A stretch of DNA of 64,000 nt from Candidatus Ozemobacteraceae bacterium (GCA_965140445.1 OZ223236.1:224001-288000); one strand, 5' to 3'. Positions 39,114 through 49,494 are shown, counted from the first letter of the stretch. The notes: generated by a model from the letters alone, not told the origin. Numbers and translations: made by a program.

Positions 39114-40301
39114 ATGAATAGAAACTTTTTCAGACTATTTACCATCGCTGCATTAGTAGCAATTTTGTTTCATGGGACTATCTGGGCAGCCGGAGAAATC
39201 CAGATCATTGTTTCTGTTCCAAACTCCACACCAGATAATGAAAAAATTTGTATTACAGGCAATACTAATCAGCTTTCAAATTGGGATGGCGCGGGAATCC
39301 CTTTAGAAGAAATTGGTCCTAATCTTTATAGTTATTCGGGTTCTTTTCCTATAGGACAAAACATCGAGTTCAAGTTCACAAGAGGAAGCTTTGCTTCTGT
39401 AGAAAAGACTTCTCAAGGACTTGAGATTCAAAACCGTCAATTAAAAATCTATGAAAACAATAAAGTTCACAAAGCATTTGTAGAAGCCTGGGCCGATCAA
39501 CTTGGCGATCAAAATTCAAACAATAAACCTAACATTACGGGCAATTACAAAATTTTGAAAAATATTCCGTCAAAATATCTAAAACCAATCAGAACCGTTG
39601 TTGTGTGGTTACCGGAAACTTACAACCATACAGAAGCACAAAAATACCGCTATCCAGTAATTTACATGCATGATGGGGGAAATCTTTTCGATCCAGGAAC
39701 CTCTTTCGGTGGAATGGATTGGGGAGTGGATGAAGCAATGCATGAAGGAACAAAAGCAGGCTACTTGAAAGATGCTATTGTCGTCGGAGTCTACAACACG
39801 GTTGATAGAATGAGCGAGTATACGCCCTTCCCAGACCCAAAACATAAAGGTGGAAACGGTGAGAACTACGCCAAATTCATGGTCAAAGAGCTTAAGCCTT
39901 TAATCGACTCCAAGTTTCGAACTCTTCCTGATCGGGAAAACACTTTCATAGGTGGCTCTTCTTTGGGTGGCTTGATTTCCCTCTATATAGGCATTTCAAG
40001 GCCCAAAGTATTTTCTGGAATCATCGCCATGTCGCCATCCATCTGGTGGGCAAACGGAGGCATCATTAACTGGTTGCTGGAAAACAAGGTTAGCGAATTT
40101 GATGGAAAGATCTGGGTAGATATGGGAACCCGCGAAGGCGAAGAGGCTATCGAGTTCAGTAGAAAGCTATCACAAACAATTAAAAGTGAATGCCCCGCCT
40201 ATACCGGACTTATTTATAAAGAATTTACTGGCGGTACCCATTCGGAAGGTTCATGGCGTCAAAGAATTCATCTTCCGCTAAAACTTTTTATCGGGAAATA
40301 G
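39114..40301 (+). CDS. Exported CBM20 + alpha/beta-hydrolase (esterase) fusion
   Basis: TG...LSNW...IEFKFTRG (CBM20); YPVIYMHDG, GSSLGG nucleophile elbow and HSE..W. GGAG RBS. Confidence 0.85.
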   Translation: MNRNFFRLFTIAALVAILFHGTIWAAGEIQIIVSVPNSTPDNEKICITGNTNQLSNWDGAGIPLEEIGPNLYSYSGSFPIGQNIEFKFTRGSFASVEKTSQGLEIQNRQLKIYENNKVHKAFVEAWADQLGDQNSNNKPNITGNYKILKNIPSKYLKPIRTVVVWLPETYNHTEAQKYRYPVIYMHDGGNLFDPGTSFGGMDWGVDEAMHEGTKAGYLKDAIVVGVYNTVDRMSEYTPFPDPKHKGGNGENYAKFMVKELKPLIDSKFRTLPDRENTFIGGSSLGGLISLYIGISRPKVFSGIIAMSPSIWWANGGIINWLLENKVSEFDGKIWVDMGTREGEEAIEFSRKLSQTIKSECPAYTGLIYKEFTGGTHSEGSWRQRIHLPLKLFIGK

Positions 40302-40313
40302 TAAAAAAGAAAA

Positions 40314-40353
40314 CTGCAGCACTGAATTTAGATTCATTGCTGCAGCTTTTTTT
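40314..40353 (+). terminator. Terminator-like hairpin directly before the RBS of the ADP-ribosylglycohydrolase gene
   Basis: CTGCAGCA...TGCTGCAG-C-T7. Confidence 0.6.
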
Positions 40354-40366
40354 AGGAGGATACTTT

Positions 40367-41143
40367 ATGCTGGGAGCAATTGCTGGAGATATTATTGGTT
40401 CAATATACGAACACAATAATATAAAGAAAAAGGAATTCCCTTTATTTTTGAAAGCTTGCCGCTTTACAGATGACTCAATCCTAACAATAGCTCTTGCAGA
40501 CAGTATTTTAACCGGAAAATCTTACACTGAAAATCTGCAAAAATTTTATCATTTGTATCCAGATGGCGGCTATGGGGGAAAATTTCATGACTGGGCCAGA
40601 AGTAGCAGCCCCAAGCCATACGGGAGCTACGGAAATGGCGCTGCAATGAGAATTAGTCCGGTAGGTTTTGCTTATAAAGATATTGATACTGTTTTAAGCA
40701 AAGCTATTGAATTTATAGAAATCACCCATAATCATCCAGAAGGAATTAAAGCAGCTAAAGCTACAGCATCTGCTATTTTTCTAGCCCGTACAGGCTCATC
40801 TAAGACTGAAATAAAAAATTATATAGAAACAACATTTGGCTATGATTTGGATATGCATATTGATCAAATTCGGCCAACATATAAATTTGACGTTTCCTCT
40901 CAGGGATCTGTTCCTCAATCCATAAGAGCTTTTCTAGATTCAGAAAGTTATGAGGATTCCGTAAGAAATGCTGTTTCTATTGGAGGTGATAGTGATACTA
41001 TCGCTTGTATTACTGGCGGAATAGCTCATGCATTTTATGGAAAGCTCCCCACGACAATAGAAAATAAGGTTTATTCAATACTGGACAATCGGCTTGGAAA
41101 AATCTGCAAAGATTTTGCTGAAAGCTATCTTGCGGATTTTTAA
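40367..41143 (+). CDS. ADP-ribosylglycohydrolase (DraG/ARH family)
   Basis: GAIAGDIIGS, FTDDS, SYGNGAAMR, THNH and GGDSDT. AGGAGG RBS before ATG 40367. Confidence 0.92.
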   Translation: MLGAIAGDIIGSIYEHNNIKKKEFPLFLKACRFTDDSILTIALADSILTGKSYTENLQKFYHLYPDGGYGGKFHDWARSSSPKPYGSYGNGAAMRISPVGFAYKDIDTVLSKAIEFIEITHNHPEGIKAAKATASAIFLARTGSSKTEIKNYIETTFGYDLDMHIDQIRPTYKFDVSSQGSVPQSIRAFLDSESYEDSVRNAVSIGGDSDTIACITGGIAHAFYGKLPTTIENKVYSILDNRLGKICKDFAESYLADF

Positions 41144-41191
41144 GCTTTTGCTTTTATTTTCGCATAATAAATTCTCCGCCAATGGATCATT

Positions 41192-42874
41192 TTATTTGCT
41201 GTCTTTATAAATCTGGGCAAACAATTCTACTTCACCATCGATTTCAGGGAAAATAGTTAGGCGGTAGCGCGCTCCAAGAGGCGATAAAAAGTTAAAAGTT
41301 TTTCCAGGAGTTAAACTAATTTTCTTTAAGAGCTTTTGGTTTCCACCGTTCCTAAAGCTTTGCTCCAGAAACACAGAAAGCTCAAGCTCCGATACTTTCA
41401 ATTTTTGTTTTTTACCGGGTCGCCAACTTAAGGTCAGGCTCTCTGCTTTGCGCAAAGGAACAATAAAGCTATTTTCAGGAAAGCTTGATTTAGATAATAA
41501 AGTCCAGGTAGAAAATGGCAAAACTGGTGCTTTTACAGAATCATTTATCAAGCCACTTCGATTTTTAAGAGTTTGCTTTAAAGGACGGTGATTGGAGCAC
41601 TCATACCTTCGCTTAATTATTTCGACATGTATAAAGGCAAGGGCTAGTGATCCCAGCATTAATGCAGTAAGCGTTTCCAAGCCTCGAAGACTTTCTTTCA
41701 GGTAAACGCTTTGCCCTTTTGCAAAAGACATTCCAACCTGTTTTGCCTCTTTATGGTTTGCCGACAACCAGTTTGGCGGGATATGCAAAAGATTATCTGT
41801 AGAACAATAAATGCATGTAATGGCAACAGCATTATCATCAGCAGAAAGAGGCGCGCCACATTGCCGACAAATATGAGGTGAGCCTGGTTTTATTGGTGGC
41901 AATGCGGTTAAGGATGCTCGAATCATTCCCATAGTGAACACTCGGCGACGAACCCGGTAAATCATGCTGAAAAGCAGCGAAAGAAAAAATGCAAATGGAA
42001 GAAAAGTTAAAAGAACCTGTTGCGGCATAGAAAGCGCATCCAGTAGGTTTTCACCGCGAAATTGTTCAAAATAATAATTAACCATTGAGCAAAAAGGGTT
42101 ATGAGGCCCCATTGTTGCAGGGCCTAACAAAAAAAGAATTACAATAAATATGGTCAAATAAGATTCAGGAATCTGTGCCACATGGCTTCCCAGAGCTGAT
42201 GGCGCTTTTCCCAATTCTGCCGCAAATTTCTTAACATCCTCTTTTCGCTTCTGAAAAGTTTTTCTTACAGCAATCGCCTCAAGATACTCATTAGGAATAT
42301 TCACAACGGTTCCACAGTATAAACATTTTACCGTTGGAGCAGCTCTTAGTGCTACAATTCCACGGCACTTATCACAGAGTAATGGTTTAATTGTGCCTTT
42401 CTTGCAGAAATCAATTGATTTAGCTGGAGCTGAATTTGTTTTCAGGTTTTGGCCTGAAACATTATTCTCAGAGATTGTTTGATCGACATTCCCAACAGCA
42501 ACTTCTGTTTTGGCATTTAAACCATTTTTATCATCTATTAATTGCTCGGAGGTTTCTGACTGAATTTGCAAAAGCTTACGAAACTGATCAAGAGTCTGTT
42601 GCTCCACCGAATCAAGAAAATCGTCTTTTAAAAAGTAGGTTAAAACTATTCGATAAACTTCTTCGGGCGGAAGTGGTTTTTCTTTTTCTGGTAATTTAGC
42701 ACGATATTCTTTAATGGCATGATTTGCCAGATCATTTGCCTTCTCAACCGAAAGATTTAGTGCTGGGGCCAATATTTTTAAAATCCCAAACTCTTCGGGA
42801 GCAATTACACCATCGCTACAAACGTATCGAGCAACAATTGTAAAAACAGACTGTCCTGATAGCTCCTTAGCCAT
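41192..42874 (-). CDS. Membrane protein with a TerB-like N-terminus and two zinc ribbons
   Basis: SDGVIAPEE and DDFLDSVE acidic loops; CDKC..CLYC and CRQC..CIYC; about 3 TMs; GGAGG RBS. Confidence 0.6.
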   Translation of the reverse strand: MAKELSGQSVFTIVARYVCSDGVIAPEEFGILKILAPALNLSVEKANDLANHAIKEYRAKLPEKEKPLPPEEVYRIVLTYFLKDDFLDSVEQQTLDQFRKLLQIQSETSEQLIDDKNGLNAKTEVAVGNVDQTISENNVSGQNLKTNSAPAKSIDFCKKGTIKPLLCDKCRGIVALRAAPTVKCLYCGTVVNIPNEYLEAIAVRKTFQKRKEDVKKFAAELGKAPSALGSHVAQIPESYLTIFIVILFLLGPATMGPHNPFCSMVNYYFEQFRGENLLDALSMPQQVLLTFLPFAFFLSLLFSMIYRVRRRVFTMGMIRASLTALPPIKPGSPHICRQCGAPLSADDNAVAITCIYCSTDNLLHIPPNWLSANHKEAKQVGMSFAKGQSVYLKESLRGLETLTALMLGSLALAFIHVEIIKRRYECSNHRPLKQTLKNRSGLINDSVKAPVLPFSTWTLLSKSSFPENSFIVPLRKAESLTLSWRPGKKQKLKVSELELSVFLEQSFRNGGNQKLLKKISLTPGKTFNFLSPLGARYRLTIFPEIDGEVELFAQIYKDSK

Positions 42875-42982
42875 ATATCCCTCCCAAAAAGCTATCAAAA
42901 ACCAATTTATCTAAGTGATAGATAAATCAGACCAGTTTTTTTAATACAAAACTATTTTTTTGTTTCTATCAGACCGATCAAG

Positions 42983-44755
42983 TTATCGATGATTGATTTT
43001 AAACTGCACCCGCTGTTCAATTTCGTCAATAACTGGCCTGAGAGTCTTACTATTTAACTTTTTGCTTTCAATTTCTTTAAGCAATCTTCTTGTATTTGAG
43101 CAATTGTTAATAGAAACATCTCTTGCAATACTAAAACTAATTTTTGCCAACAAGCTATCTAGTTGAGCATAATACGCCTGCGAATCGGCTTCGATTAAAT
43201 CAGAATTTTCATCAATTTTGCTTTGATAATCGCGGCAAAGCATTACAAGATCTTCAGCGACTCTAGCTTCTGCAACTACTGGAGTGCCTGATGTTGAAAC
43301 TTTAACCCGGTATTTCATCGGTAGAGCTTTGCAATACTGTAAATCATCAACTTCGGTTGGGAAGTATGCAAGCATCAAAACCAACGCACGATCAAAGCTT
43401 CCATCATTTTTAAATAGTATTTTTCCGCCTTGAGATTTTCGCTCCTTAAGAGGCGAAATTCTCATATACTCAATTTCATCGACTTTGTTTCCTGAAGAAT
43501 CACTTTTAACAAGCGCTACGGTAAACTCATTTTCATAGTAGTAGGCAAAAGTTCCCATGAAACCTGAAAATGAAACCTCTACTTCTTCAGCTGCATTGCT
43601 AAGATCTATTTCAATAGCCTCACCACTCCACAGACGAACTCCACCTTCTACTTCAGCAGGAAATGAGTTTACAAAATGAGTTGGTGGTAATTTAAAGTCG
43701 GCAAGGGAATCATCATATGAATACTCTCCCTCTTTACCAGACTTTTTGTTATTTAAGTAATTAGCGAATATAAAGCTGCTGAAAGTGCTGGTAAATCTTT
43801 TATCAATTGTTTTTAGTGCTTCTGTAACACCTGCAATACCTTGTTTCTGGTTTGCGACCAAACCTCTAAAAAAGTCAGTAGCTTTAGATTCAGTGTTCAA
43901 AAAATGGCTTAAAAGATAATAATTCCAGAGATAAACTTGCCCATAGTTTGCCAGCATCTGGTCTGAAGCCCAAGCTGTTAGACCGTTATCAGGAAACTTT
44001 TTGTAAGCACTAATTTGCCTGGCATGACCAAATCCACAAAAATAAGGAGCGATTTGAGAACAAGATTCATTTACCCAGGTGTACTCTTCTTTGTCCTGAT
44101 TAAAATGGATCATATGTTGAAATTCATGGGCAACAATTGCCATGTAACTATCACTGTCTGGTTTAGCTGGATTCAAATCCAAATAAAACATTTCTCTCTC
44201 ATTAGATTTCATTCCAAAACTAGATGAAATTTCAGACTGCAGATACTCATCACCTGGAAAAAAGTAACCGGCGACATATCCACCACTGCCATTATATCCA
44301 TCTTTTATATCCAACATTAAAAGCGTAATGCGTTCATCACCATCAACACCTGGTTTAAATTCAGAGCCAAAATGGGAAGTAACAGTGCCATAAATATTTT
44401 CATCAAAAGTCTTTTTGATTTTCTCTGTTGTCGCACCTGGAAGATCTTGCCCTTGTTCAACATAAACATAACAATGTTTTCCAATTGCCTTTAAGATAGC
44501 CGGAGTTCGCTCAAAAACATTCTTCTCAATGTTTTTTGTCCAGAAAGTTTCCACATCTCCAACCTTTGGAGCTCGTGCATTTCTTCTAATTTCTTGAGAA
44601 TTTCTATTAATGAGCCGAGAGGACTTTGTCAGCTGCCTGACTTCTTTATCAAAAAAGTGGGTACCGTCTATCCATAAATCCTCTTTTGCAGCAAATCCTG
44701 TCTGAGTAATAGTAAGGCCTAGAAAAGCGGCAATCAAAAGAAGTTTGTTTTTCAC
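42983..44755 (-). CDS. Secreted zinc metallopeptidase (M30/gluzincin-like)
   Basis: Signal peptide, AGYF, AHEFQHMIH and a downstream WVNES. Confidence 0.8.
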   Translation of the reverse strand: MKNKLLLIAAFLGLTITQTGFAAKEDLWIDGTHFFDKEVRQLTKSSRLINRNSQEIRRNARAPKVGDVETFWTKNIEKNVFERTPAILKAIGKHCYVYVEQGQDLPGATTEKIKKTFDENIYGTVTSHFGSEFKPGVDGDERITLLMLDIKDGYNGSGGYVAGYFFPGDEYLQSEISSSFGMKSNEREMFYLDLNPAKPDSDSYMAIVAHEFQHMIHFNQDKEEYTWVNESCSQIAPYFCGFGHARQISAYKKFPDNGLTAWASDQMLANYGQVYLWNYYLLSHFLNTESKATDFFRGLVANQKQGIAGVTEALKTIDKRFTSTFSSFIFANYLNNKKSGKEGEYSYDDSLADFKLPPTHFVNSFPAEVEGGVRLWSGEAIEIDLSNAAEEVEVSFSGFMGTFAYYYENEFTVALVKSDSSGNKVDEIEYMRISPLKERKSQGGKILFKNDGSFDRALVLMLAYFPTEVDDLQYCKALPMKYRVKVSTSGTPVVAEARVAEDLVMLCRDYQSKIDENSDLIEADSQAYYAQLDSLLAKISFSIARDVSINNCSNTRRLLKEIESKKLNSKTLRPVIDEIEQRVQFKINHR

Positions 44756-44984
44756 AATATGGCTCCGTAATTAGGTTGGTTTATAATTATAACAAATTTT
44801 TTGATTCTTAGGCTCTGAATTTAATTACCTTCAAACCTCAGCAGAATTCGTTTACTTGTTATTATTTTTTATAGGAGTATATTTATATTAGAGATGATTG
44901 AGAGGTCCACGCCATAATACATATACCAATATTGGTAAAAGCCAAAGCTCAGTAATTCTGACCTCAATTTTTGGGAGGAAGAAT

Positions 44985-46172
44985 ATGGAAAAGAGCACCG
45001 TTTTTCTCACAGACCTTCACATTGGAACTAATCACGAAACTAACTGGTATCAAAAGGGATTTCATCAGCCAATTTTAAAAACAATCCTTTTATATCTGGT
45101 TAAAAATGGCCAACAAATTGATGACGTGGTTATCCTTGGAGACTGGTTTGAGCAGTGGAATTTTCCACCGCATAAAACAATCCCCAACCTTGAAACCATT
45201 TTTTCAATGAACTCTGAGATTTTTACGAAAACGAATGACGGTAGCGACTTTATTACTCTAATGGAATCCATTCGAGGTAATTTGCGCTTTGTAAATGGCG
45301 ATCACGATATGCTTGTTGAGTTGAAAGATATCAATAACTATTTTTCAGCAATATGCGATAAAAAAGTGTTACCAGGCCACGGCAGTGACCTGGAAAAACC
45401 AGCGATCTCTAATACTTATTACTTAAACGATGCTGTTTGGGGAGAACATGGTCATCAATATGATCTTTTTCATCGACCTTCGAGCAGTCCATATAACAGT
45501 TGCGCTCCACTTCCACTTGGTTATTTTGTTAGCCGTTTATATTGCCATTTTCTGGAAAAGAAAATTTCAAGCATGCATCGCCATGATGCATCATGTATAG
45601 CTGATTGTTCTAACTCAGAGTTATCAAACTCCGGGTTAAAATTTTCAAAATTTGTTGAAGGGCTTATAGAACAAATACAATCAGGAAAACCTATTGATGC
45701 TGCACAAATAATAATCGATCAATTAATGCAGTTTAACAGAAACTTTCACATGAACTTTAATTTAAAGCATGAAGGGTTTGGAGAGATTGATTCAACAGAT
45801 GTTTCCAATCTTTATAAAGAGCTTGTTACCGTAAGAAATTTTGGCGAAGCAATTTCATCAGCCGAGGTTTCCTATTCTGGATTAGGAAATTTTGCTAAGA
45901 AGCATTTTTGCAAAAATCCAAAATGTAAGGTTGTAGTTATGGGACACACTCATAAATCTGAAATGGAAATTTGTGGTTCTGGAAGAAAGCACCTATATGC
46001 AAACGCTGGTTTTACTTGTCCTTCAAAGCCAGATATTACTGCAGGAAATCACAGAGCTTCATTTATTCTGATTAATGAACATGATGAATTAGGCCTTGAT
46101 GTATCATTAAAAGTCGTAACTAATGACTCAAACCCAGAAGTTGTAAATGCCCAAACTATCCTTGTTGAATAA
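44985..46172 (+). CDS. Calcineurin-like metallophosphoesterase
   Basis: DLHIG, GDWFE, GDHD, HGH and GHTH. GGAGG RBS before ATG 44985. Confidence 0.8.
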   Translation: MEKSTVFLTDLHIGTNHETNWYQKGFHQPILKTILLYLVKNGQQIDDVVILGDWFEQWNFPPHKTIPNLETIFSMNSEIFTKTNDGSDFITLMESIRGNLRFVNGDHDMLVELKDINNYFSAICDKKVLPGHGSDLEKPAISNTYYLNDAVWGEHGHQYDLFHRPSSSPYNSCAPLPLGYFVSRLYCHFLEKKISSMHRHDASCIADCSNSELSNSGLKFSKFVEGLIEQIQSGKPIDAAQIIIDQLMQFNRNFHMNFNLKHEGFGEIDSTDVSNLYKELVTVRNFGEAISSAEVSYSGLGNFAKKHFCKNPKCKVVVMGHTHKSEMEICGSGRKHLYANAGFTCPSKPDITAGNHRASFILINEHDELGLDVSLKVVTNDSNPEVVNAQTILVE

Positions 46173-46193
46173 AAGTAGCAAAGTTCTAAATAT

Positions 46194-46225
46194 AAAAAAC
46201 CCCGAGCCATACGGCTCGGGGTTTT
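46194..46225. terminator. Bidirectional intrinsic terminator ending the rplL transcript
   Basis: A6-CCCCGAGCC-atac-GGCTCGGGG-T4. Confidence 0.85.
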
Positions 46226-46244
46226 ATTATCGATTGCTGAAAAA

Positions 46245-46610
46245 TTACTTAAGAGTAACTTTTGCTCCAGCTTCTTCGAGTTTTTTCTTCATCATTTCTG
46301 AATCGTCTTTTGTGAGACCTTCTTTTACAGCCTTAGGAGCTGCATCAACGAGGTCTTTAGCTTCTTTGAGGCCCATGCCTGTAAGTTCGCGAACAACTTT
46401 AATAACGTTAATTTTGTTAGCGCCGAAGCTTTCAAGAATTACGTCGAATTCGTCTTTTTCTGCAGCAGCGGCAGCTGGAGCAGCAGCAACAGCAACAGCA
46501 GCTGGAGCAGCGGCTGATACGTCAAATTTTTCTTCCATAGCTTTTACAAGCTCAGAAAGGTCAAGTACTGTCATTTTTTCAATAGCTTCAAGAATCTGAT
46601 CTTTATTCAT
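46245..46610 (-). CDS. rplL: 50S ribosomal protein L7/L12
   Basis: [30 protein letters not shown] and LEEAGA. Confidence 0.99.
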   Translation of the reverse strand: MNKDQILEAIEKMTVLDLSELVKAMEEKFDVSAAAPAAVAVAAAPAAAAAEKDEFDVILESFGANKINVIKVVRELTGMGLKEAKDLVDAAPKAVKEGLTKDDSEMMKKKLEEAGAKVTLK

Positions 46611-46678
46611 TACAAAACTCCTATAAACTTTTTAAAGTAATCATTTTTGGGAGAAAACAAATTTCTCCGGTAATATTT

Positions 46679-47209
46679 CTAAGCGGCTTCTTTTTCCTTC
46701 TTTTCGCGAACTGCTTCAAGAGCATATACGAATTTGCGGATTGGGCCCTGACATACAGAAACAAAATTGCGGATTGGACCCTGGAATACGGATGCAACCA
46801 TGCCAAGAAGTTCTTTTCTGCCTGGGATTCTAGAAAGAGCGTCAATACCAGCGGCATCAAGCACTTTTCCTTCAAGTAAGCCAGCTTTGAATTTGAATTT
46901 TTTGGATTTACCAGCGAATTCTACAAGAGCTTTCACTGGAGAAACGGGATCTTCATAACCAAAAGTTACTGCAGTAGCCCCTTTCATATGTCCTTCGAGT
47001 TCATTTAAATCGAGATTTCTCAGAGCTCTGACGATAAGACTGTTTTTTACAACTCTCATTTCTGAGCCAGTTTCACGAATGCTTTTGCGAAGCTGAGTCA
47101 TATCAGCAACGTTAACGCCTTCACAGTTAGCCAAAACAACTACAGCAGATTTCTCAATCTTTTCCTGGAATTCTTTTACATAAGCTTCTTTGTGGGAAAT
47201 ATCTTTCAA
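46679..47209 (-). CDS. rplJ: 50S ribosomal protein L10
   Basis: LRK..R...VVKNSL motif. TTG start at 47209 preceded by AAGGAGGTG. Confidence 0.95.
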   Translation of the reverse strand: MKDISHKEAYVKEFQEKIEKSAVVVLANCEGVNVADMTQLRKSIRETGSEMRVVKNSLIVRALRNLDLNELEGHMKGATAVTFGYEDPVSPVKALVEFAGKSKKFKFKAGLLEGKVLDAAGIDALSRIPGRKELLGMVASVFQGPIRNFVSVCQGPIRKFVYALEAVREKKEKEAA

Positions 47210-47233
47210 ACTTTTCACCTCCTTGTTAAGGAT

Positions 47234-47353
47234 AAAAAAACCGTTTCCAGTGCCAACACCGGAAACGGTCAGATATAACATATCTATTTCGTTATCCAGT
47301 CTCGGCAGGGAGGCTTTTCAGCCAATTATCGACGACCTGCAGTCTTCGACCAG
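47234..47353 (-). promoter_or_regulatory. L10 leader (autoregulatory RNA) with a downstream attenuator-like hairpin
   Basis: Minus strand GTCGAAGACTGCAGG...CCTGCCGAGAC core, followed by CCGTTTCC...GGAAACGG-T7. Confidence 0.8.
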
Positions 47354-47370
47354 TTTTAATCAATTTTTAA

Positions 47371-48087
47371 TTAAATAGAAACCTTTTCAGCTTCGAGTCT
47401 GGCTTCGTTGGTATCAACAGTATAACCAGGTCCCATAGATGAACTAACTGTAGCGGACTTAATGTAAGTACCTTTGGCTCCAGCTGGTTTAGCTTTAATG
47501 ATAGCTTGAAAGAAGGCCAGGAAGTTTTCTTTTAACTTTTTAGCGTCAAAAGAAGCTTTTCCTACTGCTGAATGGATGATACCAGCTTTCTCAACGCGGT
47601 ATTGAACTTTACCAGCTTTGAGTTCTGTTACTACTTTGGCTACGTCCTGAGTTACTGTTCCAACTTTTGGGTTAGGCATCAGGTTGCGTGGACCAAGAAT
47701 ACGACCGAGTTTTCCTACGAATCTCATCATATCCGGTGTAGCAACGGCGGCGTCAAAATCCAGCCAGCCTCCTTCGATCTTGGTCACCAAATCTTCGGCG
47801 CCTACGAAGTCTGCTCCAGCAGATTTAGCTTCTTCTGCTTTCTCACCAGCGGCAAATACGGCTACGCGAATAGTCTTACCTGTTCCGTGAGGGAGAACAC
47901 AGCTACCTCTAAGCTGCTGATCTGCATACTTAGGGTCAAGTCCAGTTCTGATTGCGATATCAACTGATTCGTCAAATTTCGCAGTTGCAGTTTTCTTTAC
48001 TTGTTCAAAAACTTCATCAATTGTATAAACTTTCATTTCTTCAAGTTCTTTAGTAATTGTATTAAATCTTTTAGAGTGTTTCGGCAT
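47371..48087 (-). CDS. rplA: 50S ribosomal protein L1
   Basis: [31 protein letters not shown] and SSMGP. Confidence 0.99.
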   Translation of the reverse strand: MPKHSKRFNTITKELEEMKVYTIDEVFEQVKKTATAKFDESVDIAIRTGLDPKYADQQLRGSCVLPHGTGKTIRVAVFAAGEKAEEAKSAGADFVGAEDLVTKIEGGWLDFDAAVATPDMMRFVGKLGRILGPRNLMPNPKVGTVTQDVAKVVTELKAGKVQYRVEKAGIIHSAVGKASFDAKKLKENFLAFFQAIIKAKPAGAKGTYIKSATVSSSMGPGYTVDTNEARLEAEKVSI

Positions 48088-48137
48088 TTTTGCTTTCCTC
48101 CTTTCTTAAAGGATAATAGCCTTGCGGCTAAGTTAAA

Positions 48138-48563
48138 CTAATCTACAACTTCCATTCCCATGCTGCGTGCAGTGCCTTTTACAACACTGATTGCGGCTGT
48201 GAGATCGGCTGCCGTAAGATCAGGCATTTTCTTTTCAGCGATTTCTTGCACTTGAGCCATGGTAACTGAACCAAGCTTACTGCGGCCTGGGGTCTGACAA
48301 CCTTTAGCAATTCCAGCAGCTTTCTTGAGCAAGAACGAAACAGGCGGTGTTTTTGTGATGAAAGAATAAGATCTATCAGCATAAATAGTAATTTCTACTG
48401 GTATGATCGAATCGCCTTCTTTTGCCGTCTTGTAATTGAAGTTCTTACAGAAGTCCATGATGTTAACACCATGCTGACCAAGAGCAGGGCCAACTGGAGG
48501 AGCCGGGTTTGCTTTACCGGCTGGTATTTGCAATTTAACGAGACCAACTACTTTCTTAGCCAT
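48138..48563 (-). CDS. rplK: 50S ribosomal protein L11
   Basis: [26 protein letters not shown]. Confidence 0.99.
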   Translation of the reverse strand: MAKKVVGLVKLQIPAGKANPAPPVGPALGQHGVNIMDFCKNFNYKTAKEGDSIIPVEITIYADRSYSFITKTPPVSFLLKKAAGIAKGCQTPGRSKLGSVTMAQVQEIAEKKMPDLTAADLTAAISVVKGTARSMGMEVVD

Positions 48564-48603
48564 TTCTTATAACTCCTTATGAGAATAAACAAATTCTGTC
48601 TAA

Positions 48604-49149
48604 TCAGGCTTCTTCCAGTTGAATTAGATCAACTTCTATAGCCGTATCACGACCAAAGATGAAAACAAGCACTTTTGCTTTGCGTTTTTCCTGATTAATA
48701 TCTTTGATTACACCGATAAAATCGGTAAATGGACCATCAATAATCTTAACGGTCTGACCTTCAGTGAAACCAATTGGGGTCATAGCAGCAGAACGTTGTG
48801 GGCCGATTCCGGCAACACGAAGAACATTCTGCACTTCTTTTTCGTGAAGTGGAGTAGGCTTACTACCAAGGCCGACAAAACCAGTAACGCCTGGGGTGTT
48901 TTTTACAACAGTCCAAGTATCGTCGTCCAAGTCCATCTGGACAAGAACATAACCGGGATATATCTTGCGGGTCTGGGTTACGCGCTCACCATCCTGGACT
49001 CTTTCGGCGCTTTCTTCAGGAACTAATACCTGAAAAATGCAATCCTTTTTGCCCAGCAACTCAACACGGTGATCAAGGTTTTTCTTAACCTTGTATTCAG
49101 AACCGGAATTGGTATGAATTACATACCATTTTGCTTTTAAGATATCCAC
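48604..49149 (-). CDS. nusG: Transcription factor NusG
   Basis: WYVIHT.SG.E, YPGYVLV, NTPGVTGFVG and a KOW motif GPF.DF.G. Confidence 0.98.
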   Translation of the reverse strand: MDILKAKWYVIHTNSGSEYKVKKNLDHRVELLGKKDCIFQVLVPEESAERVQDGERVTQTRKIYPGYVLVQMDLDDDTWTVVKNTPGVTGFVGLGSKPTPLHEKEVQNVLRVAGIGPQRSAAMTPIGFTEGQTVKIIDGPFTDFIGVIKDINQEKRKAKVLVFIFGRDTAIEVDLIQLEEA

Positions 49150-49158
49150 AGCTTATTC

Positions 49159-49386
49159 CTATACCATTCCGCCACCAACGATAATTTTCAGAAGTTTTCC
49201 AAAAATAACGTCGAGTACTCCAATAAAAACTCCCAGACCAACGGAAGACACAACAACAACTTTAGTTGAAAGCTTCACATTTTCGAAAGTAGGCCAGGAA
49301 ACCCTGCCATTTTTCGGTCTGACTTCAATCCACACTTCTCTTAAAAAGCGCGCTGTATCATTCCACCATGATGCAATTTTACTCAT
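49159..49386 (-). CDS. secE: Preprotein translocase subunit SecE
   Basis: FLREVW.E...VSWPT plus one TM; lies between tRNA-Trp and nusG. Confidence 0.92.
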   Translation of the reverse strand: MSKIASWWNDTARFLREVWIEVRPKNGRVSWPTFENVKLSTKVVVVSSVGLGVFIGVLDVIFGKLLKIIVGGGMV

Positions 49387-49421
49387 TATGACCCTCTTCT
49401 TCCTGTGGGGTAATCATTCAA

Positions 49422-49494
49422 CAGGCCAAGAGGGAGTCGAACCCCCAACCCCCGGTTTTGGAGACCGGTGCTCTGCCAATTGAGCTATTAGCCT
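49422..49494 (-). tRNA. tRNA-Trp (CCA)
   Basis: Cloverleaf AGGCTAA...TTGGCCT-G with anticodon arm CCGGT-CTCCAAA-ACCGG. No encoded 3' CCA. Confidence 0.97.

Noticed and set aside
40253..40366. N-terminal extensions given by the ORF track (also at 2979, 31607, 39045, 44898, 47281 and 54207)
   Set aside because: Downstream starts have better RBSs or family-typical N-termini, and some extensions run through terminators or leaders.
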